The notes beneath the pieces were generated by a model. That model did no database searches, was not told where the DNA came from, and saw only the letters and a program-made list of their open reading frames with translations. Positions 1 through 9,823 of a stretch of DNA of 32,000 bases are shown here, one piece after another; within the stretch, counting starts at the first letter, position 1, and each line of letters begins with the position of its first letter. Made by a program: the position numbers and the translations under genes. The DNA is from Phycisphaera mikurensis NBRC 102666 (GTDB lineage: Bacteria > Planctomycetota > Phycisphaerae > Phycisphaerales > Phycisphaeraceae): NCBI RefSeq assembly GCF_000284115.1, contig NC_017080.1, forward strand, positions 1,290,001-1,322,000. Direction: 5' to 3'.

Positions 1-57
1 CAGCCGGCGGGCGGCGGCGCAGGAGAGCAAGAAGTCGTCGTGGAGGTACGCGGGCAT
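1..57 (-). CDS. Partial CDS of unknown function; only the N-terminus is in the window and it continues past the left edge
   Basis: Minus-strand ATG at 57-55 reads MPAYLHDDFLLSCAAARRL with G/C at nearly every third codon position. It lies 63 nt downstream of the kinase-like gene stop on the same strand. Too short to identify. Confidence 0.3.
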   Translation of the reverse strand, partial: MPAYLHDDFLLSCAAARRL

Positions 58-120
58 GGCTTCGGGCAAGGCGGTGGGTGCGGCGGGCGCAGAAGGGTTG
101 GCGAAGCGACCGTCGCGGCC

Positions 121-1539
121 TCAGCGGCCGCGGCCGCGGGCGAGCCGGCGGCCGAGCGTCCGCAACGCCTCGAGCAGTTCGGCGGTCGTGGCGATCACGG
201 GCTCCCCGGGAGCGGGCCGCAGCACGCCGCGCCGCAGGCGGGAGAGCTCCGAGGCTTCGCGCTTGCTGCTCCGCAGCAGGCCGCTGAACTCGGCGTGGCG
301 GGCGGCCTGCGTCAGGTTCTGCGCGACGCTGTACAGATCGACGGCCGGACCCGGCGGGTCGTACGCGTTCTCGAACACCGGCGAGGTCACACGGTCCTTC
401 CGCTGCATCCGGCGCAGGTCCTGCCGGATGCGGGAGGAGGACAGCATCTCCTGCAGCAGCTTGTCGAGCATGCCGCGGCTGTCGAAGGTCTCGCCGACGC
501 GGATGCCCGAGCCGAAGTCGACGAGGCAGACGCCGCTGTCGGTGATGACGAAGTTGTCGAGGCGGAGGTCCAGGTGGACGATCCGCGCCACCCGGTGCAG
601 CTTCTCCACCAGCTCGACGGCGCCGGTGGCGAAGGCGACGGCGCCGATCGGCGGGCCGCCGAGCCGCAGCCACGACATCTCGATCCGCTTGACGAAGCCC
701 CGCTCGTCCTTCTCGAGGTCGAGCACCCGGGGGAAGCGGCCCGCGTCCACCAGCTCGGGGAGGCGCTCCTGCAGGATCTTCAGGAAGGCCGCTTCGCGGG
801 TGAGAAACACCGGGAAGATCTTGTTGCCGAGCTTCCGGGCCGCCTGCTCCAGGTCGGCGTGCTTGGCCCCGCCGCCGCGTTCGGCGTGCCGGGCCAGCCG
901 CCGCTGGATCGCGGTCATCGTCGGCACGCGCTTGATGACGCGGAAGCCGCTGGGCTGGCCGGCATCACGGCCGAGGCGGACGTCGAAGGAGTGGTGGTAG
1001 AGGCTCGGCCGGTCCTCGGGCTCGTGCCGCACCTTCCGCCAGGCGCGGGCGGCGGCGCGGCGGCCGGGCCATCCCAGCACCGGGCCCAGCAGGCCCGAGG
1101 GCGCCAGCGGCCAGGGCGGGAGCGGGCAGGGATCGCCCTCGGCCAGCCACTCGCCGCCCGCGAACCCGGCCTCGCGGGCGGCGAGCGCCCGCCGGTTGGC
1201 CGCCGTCAACAGCAGAACGCCGCCCCAGCGCAGCCGCGCGAGCAGGGCGTCGGCGGGCACCGCGGCGGGGGCGGCGGCGACGTAGAGGTTCACCGCCGGC
1301 TCCGGGGCCTCGGGGTCGGTGGGGGCCGGCGGCGCGGCGGCGGCCGCGGCGGGAAGCCGGTGCAGGCGGGCGACCCGCTCGGGCCCGGCCTGTCCGGGGC
1401 CTCTGGTGGGCTTCCCGTTCAGGCGCGTGGCGACGGCGGCCGCCACGGCGTCGCGGGCGCGGGGGGTGCCGGTTCCGGCGACGCCGCCGGGATCGCCGCG
1501 GCGCTGCCCGTCGGCGGGCGTCTCAGGGCGTCCGCTCAT
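121..1539 (-). CDS. Protein-kinase-fold protein (Hanks/lipid-kinase-like catalytic core) with an unassigned N-terminal region
   Basis: The track ORF is 121..2202 (-), but only the part from ATG 1539 is free of the upstream gene. Kinase-fold signatures: FRVIKRV (candidate beta3 Lys), EAAFLKIL (candidate alphaC Glu), IVHLDLRLDNFVI (HxDxxxxN catalytic loop) and LVDFGSG (DFG). ATG 1539 overlaps the upstream gene stop (1523-1525) by 17 nt. Confidence 0.65.
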   Translation of the reverse strand: MSGRPETPADGQRRGDPGGVAGTGTPRARDAVAAAVATRLNGKPTRGPGQAGPERVARLHRLPAAAAAAPPAPTDPEAPEPAVNLYVAAAPAAVPADALLARLRWGGVLLLTAANRRALAAREAGFAGGEWLAEGDPCPLPPWPLAPSGLLGPVLGWPGRRAAARAWRKVRHEPEDRPSLYHHSFDVRLGRDAGQPSGFRVIKRVPTMTAIQRRLARHAERGGGAKHADLEQAARKLGNKIFPVFLTREAAFLKILQERLPELVDAGRFPRVLDLEKDERGFVKRIEMSWLRLGGPPIGAVAFATGAVELVEKLHRVARIVHLDLRLDNFVITDSGVCLVDFGSGIRVGETFDSRGMLDKLLQEMLSSSRIRQDLRRMQRKDRVTSPVFENAYDPPGPAVDLYSVAQNLTQAARHAEFSGLLRSSKREASELSRLRRGVLRPAPGEPVIATTAELLEALRTLGRRLARGRGR

Positions 1540-4519
1540 CCGCTCCGTCCGCGGGCTCCTGCCGTCGCTCCACGCGGGAGGCGGGCATCGACGAGGCGAT
1601 GTGCCGGTCGACGAGGCGGTCCAGCGCCGCCTCGTCGCTCGCGGCGGCGCGGGGCGGGGCGGCGTCGGCGGTGCCCGCCCCCTCGGACGAAGGGACGCCC
1701 GAGGCGATGCGCTCGGCGAGCTCCGCGGCGATCCGCTCGGGATCCCGCACTTCGGCTCCCGGTGCCTCCTGGGCGTCGTCGCGTCCCGCCGCGGCGGGAC
1801 CCGACCCGCTGCCCTCGCCGCTCGGGCCGTCTGCGTCCTCCTCGTCGCCGAAGCGGACGGCCGCGAGGACGTCGTCGAGCGCGACGTCCTCTTCCGAGCC
1901 CTCCTGATCGTCCCCGAAGCCCGGCGTCTCCGCGGCGGCCGCGGACGCCGCCTCGGCCTCGGCCTCGGCCGCGTCGGAACTCCCGATCCTCCGGGCCGCG
2001 GGTGCGAGCGCCGCGACGGCGGCTCGGTCCGCGGCGGTTCCGGCCGCGGGCGTGGCGGCCTCGGGCGGATCGGCCTTGGCCGCTTCCGCGGCGGGTCCGC
2101 GTCGCGGGTGGGCGGAGGAGCCGCCCACGGCGGCGGCGAACATGCCCGAGCCCTGGTCCTGCCAGCCCTGCTCCAGCGCCGCCCGCGCCGAGGCGGGGGC
2201 ACCGGGCCGCGGCGAGCCCGGGCGGCCCATCCGGTTCAGCACAGTGCCCAGCACGACCGCACCGCTGGCGCGCAGCCGGGCGAGGGCCCGGTCCACCGCG
2301 GCCTGCCGCTCGCCGCCGCTGACCACCAGCACGACGCCGTCGGCGGCGGCGGCGGCGAAGAGGGCGTCGAGGCCCACGGCGACGGCGGAGGTGTCGATGA
2401 GCGTGACGTCGTGCAGCGGCCGGGCTTCGTCCACGAGCCGGCGGATGTGCCGACCGGAGAGGCGGCTGCCCTCCAGCGGGCCGGGACCCGCGGGCAGCAG
2501 CGACAGCCCCGGGATCTTCGTCTCGAAGCACGCGGCCTCGAGCCCGTCGCCCCCGAGGAAGGCCGGCAGGCCGATCGGCTCGTCCGCCTCCGCGTGCTCC
2601 AGCAGGTCGGCGTCCTCGGGGTGCAGGTAGCCCATCCGCAGCGCAGCGGTCTGCAGGGTCTGCCGGTCGCTGGTGGCTTCGGCGTCGGGACGGTCCGCCC
2701 AGGCGGCGTCGACGAGGAGCACGCGCTCGCCCGCGGCGGCCAGCGACGCGGCGAGCCCGAGGCACAGCCCGGTCTTGCCGCTGCCCGGCCCGCTGCTGGT
2801 GACCGCGAAGGTGCGTCCGCCGGGCTCGGCCGCGGAGCCGGCGGCGCGGCCGGCCCGGCCCTCGAGCATCGCCCGCACCGCGTGCACCGCGTCGGCGAGC
2901 GCCGCGGCCTCGTCCCGGGCCCGCTGCTGCTCTCTCTCGGAGAGCGGGCCCTCGGCGCCCGTGCCCGCGGCCTGGCCGCGGACCAGCGGGACGGTGCCCA
3001 GAACGGCGACGCCCCGCGCCGACCAGGGCCGGCTGTCCCCGCGGGAGACGCGGTCGTCGGAGGCGAGGTACAGCAGCACGCCCAACGCGCCCAGCAGCGA
3101 GCCGAGCACCGCCCCGAGCGCGGCACCGCGGGGGCGCGCGTCCGCGACGGGCGTGGCCGAGGCTTCTCCCGCGGTCACCCGGTCGAGCGCAGCGGCGGGC
3201 AGGGGGGCGGCGCGGAGGCGGGCGGCGGTCTCGGCGGCGTTCTCCGCGGCGGTCTGCAGCTCCTGCTGTTTCCAACGCAGCGACTGCAGGGCCGATCGCT
3301 CGAGCTTCGCGACGGCCGAAGCCGACGCCGCCGCCCGGGCGTCGATGCCGGCGGCCGCGGCGTCCCGCTCGAGATCGGACAGGCGGACGAAGGCCCGACG
3401 CCCGTCCTCGGCCTCGACGAAGCGCGCGTCCTCCACCACGGCGGCGAAGCGGGCCGCCGCCGCGGCGGCCTCCCCCAACGACCCGACGAGGCCGCGGTTG
3501 CGGGCCGCCGAAGCCAGGGCGTCCGCGGCCGCCTGGGCCGCCCGGACCGCCGCGTCCTGGGCGGCGGGCTGCTCGCGGACGAGCGAGGCCGCGAAGAACA
3601 GCGGGTCGCGGGCCGACGCCCGGGCGTCCCGCACGCGGGCATCGGCGGCACGCCGCCGCTGCGCCGTGCCGGCCTCGGCGGCCGCGAGCACCGCGGGGTC
3701 GCTGCCCGCGGCGAGGCGGTCCTCCGCCCGCGCCACCTCCACGCCGTTCATCGCCAGCGCCGTCCGGGTCGCTTGCACCTGCGCCTCGGCCTCCCGCCGC
3801 GCGGCGGCCGCCGTCTCGACCTCGGCCGAGCCCGGCAGAGCGGTCTTCCGCTCGAAAGCGGTCGCGAGCGCCGCGGCCGATGCGGCCGCCCCGGCGGGGT
3901 CGGGATCCCGGACCTCCACCACGAGGCCGAAGGGCGGCCGGCCGCTCACGCTCGCCTCGATCCCGGCCCGGTCGGCCAGGTCGGTCAGGACGGCCGCTTC
4001 ACGCTGCAAGGTCTCGGCCACATTGAGCGCCTCCGCCGGCACGCCGCCCACGCCGCCGGCCACCGTCCGCGGCTGCAGCTCGACGCCGACCTCGGCGCCG
4101 AAGCGGGGCTCGCCCTGCAGGTACCCGATGGCCGCGCCGGGCACGGCCGCCGCCAGCGCCACGCCGACCAGCAGCGGCCACCGCTGGGCCGCCCGCCCGC
4201 AGAAGCGCCCCCAGCCGCCGGGATCGGAGGCGTCGTCCGCGGGCTCCCGCGGGTCGACCGCGGGCGCGGGATCGAGCGCCGCGGCGGGGGGCGCGGCATC
4301 GGGCCGGCGCGGGGCACCGCTCGCCGCGGGAGCGAGGGCGCGCGCGGCGTTGCCGTTGAACTTCCAGCGGGCCGGGTAGAGGTCGTCCGCGGATCGGCGG
4401 CCGTTGCGGCGGTCGGCGGGATCGTGGGTGTCGCTCAAGGTCGGCTCTTTCTCTCGGGGGAGGGGCCATCCGGGATCCGGATGCGCAGCGGGCGGGGAAC
4501 GGGGGCGGCCCGCCCACAC
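1523..4519 (-). CDS. Polysaccharide co-polymerase / BY-kinase-like P-loop ATPase (Wzc/GumC-like architecture)
   Basis: 998-aa ORF starting at GTG 4519, with an alternative TTG at 4438. It has a hydrophobic helix (WPLLVGVALAAAVPGAAIGYL), about 400 aa of Ala/Arg/Glu-rich helical region, and a second helix (ALGAVLGSLLGALGVLLYLA). A P-loop domain follows: Walker A VTSSGPGSGKTG, A' RVLLVDAA, B VTLIDTS. The long acidic/Ala-rich C-terminal tail contains no Tyr. Confidence 0.8.
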   Translation of the reverse strand: MWAGRPRSPPAAHPDPGWPLPREKEPTLSDTHDPADRRNGRRSADDLYPARWKFNGNAARALAPAASGAPRRPDAAPPAAALDPAPAVDPREPADDASDPGGWGRFCGRAAQRWPLLVGVALAAAVPGAAIGYLQGEPRFGAEVGVELQPRTVAGGVGGVPAEALNVAETLQREAAVLTDLADRAGIEASVSGRPPFGLVVEVRDPDPAGAAASAAALATAFERKTALPGSAEVETAAAARREAEAQVQATRTALAMNGVEVARAEDRLAAGSDPAVLAAAEAGTAQRRRAADARVRDARASARDPLFFAASLVREQPAAQDAAVRAAQAAADALASAARNRGLVGSLGEAAAAAARFAAVVEDARFVEAEDGRRAFVRLSDLERDAAAAGIDARAAASASAVAKLERSALQSLRWKQQELQTAAENAAETAARLRAAPLPAAALDRVTAGEASATPVADARPRGAALGAVLGSLLGALGVLLYLASDDRVSRGDSRPWSARGVAVLGTVPLVRGQAAGTGAEGPLSEREQQRARDEAAALADAVHAVRAMLEGRAGRAAGSAAEPGGRTFAVTSSGPGSGKTGLCLGLAASLAAAGERVLLVDAAWADRPDAEATSDRQTLQTAALRMGYLHPEDADLLEHAEADEPIGLPAFLGGDGLEAACFETKIPGLSLLPAGPGPLEGSRLSGRHIRRLVDEARPLHDVTLIDTSAVAVGLDALFAAAAADGVVLVVSGGERQAAVDRALARLRASGAVVLGTVLNRMGRPGSPRPGAPASARAALEQGWQDQGSGMFAAAVGGSSAHPRRGPAAEAAKADPPEAATPAAGTAADRAAVAALAPAARRIGSSDAAEAEAEAASAAAAETPGFGDDQEGSEEDVALDDVLAAVRFGDEEDADGPSGEGSGSGPAAAGRDDAQEAPGAEVRDPERIAAELAERIASGVPSSEGAGTADAAPPRAAASDEAALDRLVDRHIASSMPASRVERRQEPADGADERTP

Positions 4520-4525
4520 GCCAGC

Positions 4526-5746
4526 TTAAACCCGCGGCGAGGGCTCGCGAACGGCATTCATCGGTTCGCAGCGCTCTCCGCTCATCGGCCGGGCGGGGCC
4601 CGGTTCCTCCGGCCGCGCCCGCAGCGTCTCCTCAACGTCCGAGAAGAAAGCGCGGACCGCGTCCGCGTCCGGAAGGGCCTGCACCCGGTGCCGCAGGCGC
4701 GGCCACGGCTGCAGGTGGGCCGAGTACTTGCTGATGCGCTGGCGGAGCGTCCGCAGCGCAACGGCCTCCCCGCGGTGCCGCACCAGCAGCTCGAAGTGCA
4801 GCAGCACCAGCCGCGCCCGCTCCGCCCGCGGCAGCGGCGGGGGGTCGGCGCCCGTCGCCAGCCGCGCGGCGCAGTCGCGGAAGAGCCAGGGCTGGCCCAT
4901 CGCGCCCCGGGCGATCATCACCCCGTCGCAGCCGGTCGCCGCCACCATCGCGGCCGCGTCCTGCGGGGTGTCGACGTCGCCGTTGCCGATCACCGGGACC
5001 AGCGGGTGCTCCGCCTTCACCGCCTCGACCGTCCGCGCGATCCCCTCCAGGCGCACGCTGGGCTTGAACCGCATCGCGGTCGTCCGCCCGTGCACGGTGA
5101 TCGCCGCGACGCCCGCGTCGCACAGCCGCGGCGGCAGCGTGTCCGCCACGAAGGAGTCGTCGTCCCAGCCCAGCCGGATCTTCGCGGTCACCGGCACCTT
5201 CACCGACCGCACCACCGCCGCCGCGAGGGCGACGGTGCCCGCCGGGTCGCACAGCAGCTTCGAGCCGCCGTGCTTCTTGGTGACCTTGTCCACCGGGCAG
5301 CCCATGTTGATGTCGATGACGGCGGCGCCGCGGTCCTCCGCCCACCGCGCGGCCTCGCAGAGGATGCCGGGGTCGCTCCCGTACAGCTGCATGCACACCG
5401 GACGGTCCGCGGGGTCGGTGGCCGCCCGCCACATCGCCCGGTCGGCCTCACGGAGCACCGCGTGCGGGCACAGCAGCTCGGTCGAGGCGAGGCCGACGGC
5501 GCCGTAGGTCCCGTCGCCGGCGTCCCGCTCCCCGCCCCGGTCGCCGGGGGCGCAGGGCACGCCGCGGACCGAGCGGACGCACAGCCGGTAGGCCAGGTCG
5601 AAGTAGCCCGCAACGGGCGCGAGCAGCAGGTTCGTCGGCAAGACCACGTCGCCGATGCGCAGCGACAGCCGCCCGCGGTGCGGCGGCGCGGCGGCGGGGG
5701 CGGCGGCGGGGGCGGGGGGAGGCTCGGAGGCGGCGGCCGGGCTCAT
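4526..5746 (-). CDS. dus: tRNA-dihydrouridine synthase (Dus family)
   Basis: Family motifs LLLAPVAGYFDLAYR, MQLYGSDP, IDINMGCPV (catalytic Cys), VTAKIRLGWD, ITVHGRT, IGNGDV and VMIARGAMGQPWLF. ATG at 5746. There is a Pro/Ala-rich N-terminal extension. Confidence 0.9.
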   Translation of the reverse strand: MSPAAASEPPPAPAAAPAAAPPHRGRLSLRIGDVVLPTNLLLAPVAGYFDLAYRLCVRSVRGVPCAPGDRGGERDAGDGTYGAVGLASTELLCPHAVLREADRAMWRAATDPADRPVCMQLYGSDPGILCEAARWAEDRGAAVIDINMGCPVDKVTKKHGGSKLLCDPAGTVALAAAVVRSVKVPVTAKIRLGWDDDSFVADTLPPRLCDAGVAAITVHGRTTAMRFKPSVRLEGIARTVEAVKAEHPLVPVIGNGDVDTPQDAAAMVAATGCDGVMIARGAMGQPWLFRDCAARLATGADPPPLPRAERARLVLLHFELLVRHRGEAVALRTLRQRISKYSAHLQPWPRLRHRVQALPDADAVRAFFSDVEETLRARPEEPGPARPMSGERCEPMNAVREPSPRV

Positions 5747-5774
5747 CGCGATCCGCGGACCGTAGGCCCGCGAC

Positions 5775-5800
5775 CGCCGCGGACCCGGCGGTCCGCGGCG
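5775..5800. repeat. Tight GC hairpin carrying the CCGCGGACC/GGTCCGCGG motif: 11-bp stem, 4-nt loop
   Basis: cgccgcggacc-cggc-ggtccgcggcg, with a further direct copy of ccgcggacc at 5753-5761. It lies between the lipoprotein gene stop (5891) and the dus start (5746) on the minus strand. There is no U-tract. Confidence 0.4.
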
Positions 5801-5890
5801 CTTCCCCCGCTCCGCCGGCCGGGGGGCCCGGCGGGGCCGGCGGAGCCGGTGAGGCCTCTGCCGGCCGTCGCGGCGGCTGGAGGCGTTCCG

Positions 5891-8149
5891 TCAGGGTGAT
5901 CCCGGGTCGAGCAGGTCCTCCACCGCGGCGATCCGCGCGCTCACGCCGGGCTTCATCGCGGGACCCAGCAGCAGGCGCAGCTCGTTGAGGACGCGGCGGG
6001 CGCGGCTGCGGCGGCCGGCCCGGGCCTGCTCGTCGGCGACGTCGAGCAGCAGGTCGACCAGCGGGTCGCCCGCGGCGGGCTGGACCAGCACGCCGCCGGG
6101 GGCCGTGAAGAGGGCGCGGGCCACGCCGAAGGCCCGATCCAGCTGGTCCGAGAGCAGCGCCGCCTTGACGAATCCGCGGGTGGCCCGCTCGCGCTGGTCG
6201 TCGGAAAGCACCTCGGCGGGGGCGAGCTCCGCCGGCCCACCCGGGGCCCCGCCCGGGGTCGCCGCCGGCACCAGCGCCTCGAAGTCGGGCACCGCGAGGC
6301 GGGGCCGCCCGTCGGCGAGGCGCAGCTCGCCGCGGGCGAGCAGCAGCGCGGCCCGGGCGATCGGCCCGGTGCCGCCGGGCCGGCGGTCCAGCGCCGCGGT
6401 CAGCACCGCTTCCCGCAGCGCGGGCGCAGCGCCCGCCCGCTCCAGCGTGGAGGCCACGCCGGCGACGGCATCGGGGTCGGTCCGCCCGGCCGCGGCCACC
6501 AGCGCCCGCTCCCAAGCCACCCGCTCCGCCGGATCGGCCGGGGGGCGGGCGGCCAGGGCGAGCAGCGCAGGCGCGTCGCGGCCCCGGCGGCTGGTGGCGG
6601 TGATCGCCACCGGGCGGATCACCGGATCGTCCGCCCGCTGCGCCAGCGGCAGCAGCGGGCGGTCGGCGTCGGCCCAAGCCTGGGCGGCGGCACGCTTGAC
6701 CACGGGGTCGGGGTGGTCGATCCAGGCCCCGATGCGGGCGAAGTCGCGGTCGCCGCCGAGGCGTCCGAGCAGCGTGACCACCGCCGGCGGCGGATCCAGC
6801 GGGCCCTCGTCGGCCGGGCCCAGCAGCCGCCGGACCCGGCGCAGCACCCGCAGCCGCTGCGCGTCGCCGAGCAGGCCGGCCTCGGCCGTGGCCGCCAGCA
6901 CCGCCGCCGCCTCGGGCCCCAGCGCCGGGTCGTCGAGCAGCTCGTAGGCCGCCTCCACCGCCTGCACCCGCGGCTGCCGCGTCAGCAGGCGGAGGTCCGC
7001 GCGGAGCACCGCCGTCACCGCCTCTCCGCCCGCCGCGAGGCGGGCCGCCAGCAGGTCCGCCGCCGGGCCGTCGCCCAAGTCGCGGAGGAGCGCCGCGGCG
7101 CGGCGGCGGGTGTCCGGCCGCACCGCGTCGAGGTTGGCCCGCAGCGCCCGCCTCAGCGGCTCGTCGAAGCCTTCGCCGGCGGACAGCCGCTGCTCCGCGA
7201 GGGTCAGGCCCAGCTCCGCGAGCGGCCCGAGCTCGTCGCCGAGCAGGTCGGTCAGCACGCGGGGCTTGTCCGCCTCGCCGGCGACGCGGTACAGCGTCGC
7301 GTTGAGCGTGACGAGGCGGTCGACGAGCTGGTCGGTGTTGACGCCCGCAACGGCCTCCCGCCGCTCCACGTTGCGGAAGAGGCTGCGGGCCCAGGCCTCG
7401 GCGTCGAGCTTGCGGTTGTCGCGCCACCAGGTGGTCCAGGCCCGCGGATCCTCCCCGTAGGCGTCGATGCCCGACAGCGTGGCGAGGCTGGCGAAGGCCG
7501 CCGACCGCACGTCGCCGGGCCGGCGGGCGTCGGTGAGGGCGACCAGCAGCTCGGCCACGGGCCGGGTCCGCCGCTCGCCGAGCACCGCGATCGCGCGGTT
7601 CCGCAGCGGCTGCGGCGTGTCGGCCCGCTCGGCGAGGCGCATCAGCTCGTTCGCCACCCGCCCCCGCTCGTAGCGGGCGAGGGCGCGGCCCAGGTCGTCG
7701 AGCAGCGGGGGAGCGACGTCGCCCAGCCGCCGCATCAGCGGCTCGCGCATCGCCTCGGGCGGCGGCCTCCCCGGCGGCCGCGCCGCGATCGCCTGAAGCA
7801 CCGCCTGGTTGACCGCGGGCGTGCGGGCCGGCTCGACCGCCCATGCGAGCACCCGCAGCGCGTCCTGGCCGCCGTCCTCGAGCAGGCGCGTGGCGGCGGC
7901 GGTCCGCCCCGCGAGGTCGAGCCCGGCCGAGGAGAGCCGCCGGTAATCGCCGAGCACGCGCGACGAGAGCAGGCCCTCGTTCAGCCGCACCGGCCCCCGA
8001 TCGACCCGGTCGCGGCCGCAGCCCGCCGGCACGCCGGCGCCCGCGACCGCCAGCAGCGCAGCGAGCAGCGCCGCGTGCTTGCGTCGTGGCGGCGGGGTGC
8101 GGGGCATGGTGCGGGGCGGGGTGCGGGGGCTTTCGGCCGGCCCGGGCAT
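5891..8149 (-). CDS. Putative lipoprotein with HEAT/ARM-like alpha-helical repeats, function unknown
   Basis: The N-terminus ...RRKHAALLAALLAVAGAGVPAGCGRD has a charged n-region, a hydrophobic core and a lipobox-like AGC. ATG at 8149, alternative ATG at 8107. The body is Leu/Ala/Arg-rich with repeated helix-pair segments such as RNRAIAVLGERR and DPVVKRAAAQAWAD. High GC3 throughout. Confidence 0.7.
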   Translation of the reverse strand: MPGPAESPRTPPRTMPRTPPPRRKHAALLAALLAVAGAGVPAGCGRDRVDRGPVRLNEGLLSSRVLGDYRRLSSAGLDLAGRTAAATRLLEDGGQDALRVLAWAVEPARTPAVNQAVLQAIAARPPGRPPPEAMREPLMRRLGDVAPPLLDDLGRALARYERGRVANELMRLAERADTPQPLRNRAIAVLGERRTRPVAELLVALTDARRPGDVRSAAFASLATLSGIDAYGEDPRAWTTWWRDNRKLDAEAWARSLFRNVERREAVAGVNTDQLVDRLVTLNATLYRVAGEADKPRVLTDLLGDELGPLAELGLTLAEQRLSAGEGFDEPLRRALRANLDAVRPDTRRRAAALLRDLGDGPAADLLAARLAAGGEAVTAVLRADLRLLTRQPRVQAVEAAYELLDDPALGPEAAAVLAATAEAGLLGDAQRLRVLRRVRRLLGPADEGPLDPPPAVVTLLGRLGGDRDFARIGAWIDHPDPVVKRAAAQAWADADRPLLPLAQRADDPVIRPVAITATSRRGRDAPALLALAARPPADPAERVAWERALVAAAGRTDPDAVAGVASTLERAGAAPALREAVLTAALDRRPGGTGPIARAALLLARGELRLADGRPRLAVPDFEALVPAATPGGAPGGPAELAPAEVLSDDQRERATRGFVKAALLSDQLDRAFGVARALFTAPGGVLVQPAAGDPLVDLLLDVADEQARAGRRSRARRVLNELRLLLGPAMKPGVSARIAAVEDLLDPGSP

Positions 8150-8233
8150 CGGCCCGACGAGCGGCCGGGCGACAGGATCCGGCGGCCGCGGCGGGCGGCT
8201 TCTCGCCGGCTTCCGTACGCTCTACCTTGCCCG

Positions 8234-9635
8234 CATGATCGACCTGCGCCGGCTCCGCGAGAACCCCGACCGCTTCCGCAAGGGCACCGCCGACAAGGGC
8301 GGCGACGCCGAGCTGGTCGACCAGCTGGTGGAGGCCGACGCCGCCGCCCGCTCGATCCGGGCCACCCTCGAAGACCTGGTCGCCGAGAAGAACCAGCTCG
8401 GCAAGGCGGTGGGAGAGGCCGCCGCGAAGCTCAAGCTCGCCCGGCCCGAGGACGAGGAGCGGATGAAGCAGCGTTTCGCCGATCTCCAGAAGCGGCCCAA
8501 CGCGATCAAGGCGGAGCAGGAGAAGCTCGCCGAGCCGCTCCGCGCGGCCGAGGCCGAGCGTGACCGCCTCTGGCTGCTGATCCCCCAGCCCGCCGACGAG
8601 GACGTGCCCGTCGGCCGCGACGCTTCCGAGAACGTCGAACGCTCGCGGTGGCACCCCGAGGGCGGCTTCGATCCGGCGAAGAGCTTCGAGGACAACCGCG
8701 GCTTCCGCGGCAAGTCGCACGTCGAGCTCGGCGAGGCCCTGGGTCTCTTCGAGTTCGAGCGGGGGGTCCGCGCCTCCGGCTCGCGCAGCTACGTGCTCAC
8801 CGGCATGGGCATGCGGCTGCACCAGGCCGTGCTCCGCCACGCCTTCGACCGGATGGTGGAGCGGCACGGCTTCACGCCGATGTCCTCCGCCGCGCTGGTG
8901 AAGCACGAGACGATGGTCGGCACCGGCTTCTTCCCCGGCGGCCGCGACCAGGTGTACGACGTCGCGAACCCCACCAGCGAGGACGGCCTGGCCCTCTCGG
9001 GCACCGGCGAGGTCGGGCTGATGGCGTACCACCAGGGCGAGATCCTCGCCGCCGAGGACCTGCCCCGGAAGTACGTCACGCTGTCGACCTGCTTCCGGCG
9101 CGAGGCCGGCGCCGCCGGTCGCGACGCGGCCGGGCTCTACCGCATCCACCAGTTCGACAAGGTCGAGCAGGTGATCCTCTGCGAGAGCTCCGAAGAGGCC
9201 AGCCGCGCCCACCACCGCGACATGCTCGGCCACGTCACCGGCATGCTCCAAGACCTCGGCCTGCCCCACCGGGAGCTGCAGTGCTGCACCGGCGACCTGG
9301 GCCTCAAGAACGCGGACATGGTCGACGTCGAGTGCTGGATGCCCAGCCGCGTGCTCCCCGACGCCCCCGCCGGCGACCCGAGCGGCTGGGGCGAGACCCA
9401 CTCCGCCAGCCGCCTCTACGACTTCCAGACCCGCCGGCTGAGCCTGCGCTACCGCGACGCGTCCGACCCCAGAGGCCGCAAGACCGCCTTCTGCCACAGC
9501 CTCAACAACACGGTCGCGGCGAGCCCGCGGCTGCTGATCCCGCTGCTGGAGATCCACCAGCAGGAGGACGGCTCGGTCTGGATCCCGGAGGTGCTGCGGC
9601 CGCACCTGGGCGGGATCGACCGGATCGGCGGGTGA
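8234..9635 (+). CDS. serS: Seryl-tRNA synthetase
   Basis: Begins MIDLRRLRENPDRFRKG with an N-terminal coiled-coil arm. Class II motifs are FRREAGAAGRDAAGLYRIHQFDKVE and HSLNNTVAASPRLLIPLLE. The track ORF (8079..) has an implausible Gly/Arg-rich extension, so I start the gene at ATG 8234. Confidence 0.95.
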
Positions 9636-9663
9636 GGCGGCCGGGGCGGTGCGGCCGGCCGCC
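9636..9663 (+). terminator. GC hairpin immediately after the serS stop (weak terminator candidate)
   Basis: ggcggccgg (9636-9644) pairs with ccggccgcc (9655-9663) across a 10-nt loop. No U-tract follows. Confidence 0.25.
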
Positions 9664-9823
9664 GGGTCCGCGTTGCCGGCGATGAGGAGGGTCGGCTGGA
9701 GCACCGCGCCGCCCGCGACCGGCCCCGCTCCGGCCGCACCTGCGTCAGCTTCTAAGTCGCTGTTTCGCAACAACTTATTCGCCGGGGTTTGCGGCTGGAG
9801 ACCGTTTTCGGTAACCTGGCTCG

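Noticed and set aside
40-5899. Long plus-strand ORFs 40..2322 (760 aa), 56..1000 and 1319..5899 (1526 aa) from the track
   Set aside because: Their translations are Arg/Pro/Gly/Ala-rich low-complexity strings with no recognisable motifs. They lie antisense to minus-strand genes that carry clear kinase, Walker and Dus motifs. This is the typical GC-rich antisense ORF artefact.
5448-9773. 1441-aa minus-strand ORF 5448..9773 and plus-strand ORFs 5985..6947 and 6713..8563
   Set aside because: They overlap serS (clear class II aaRS motifs on the plus strand) and run out of frame with the lipoprotein gene. Composition is again poly-Arg/Pro/Gly/Ala with no domains.
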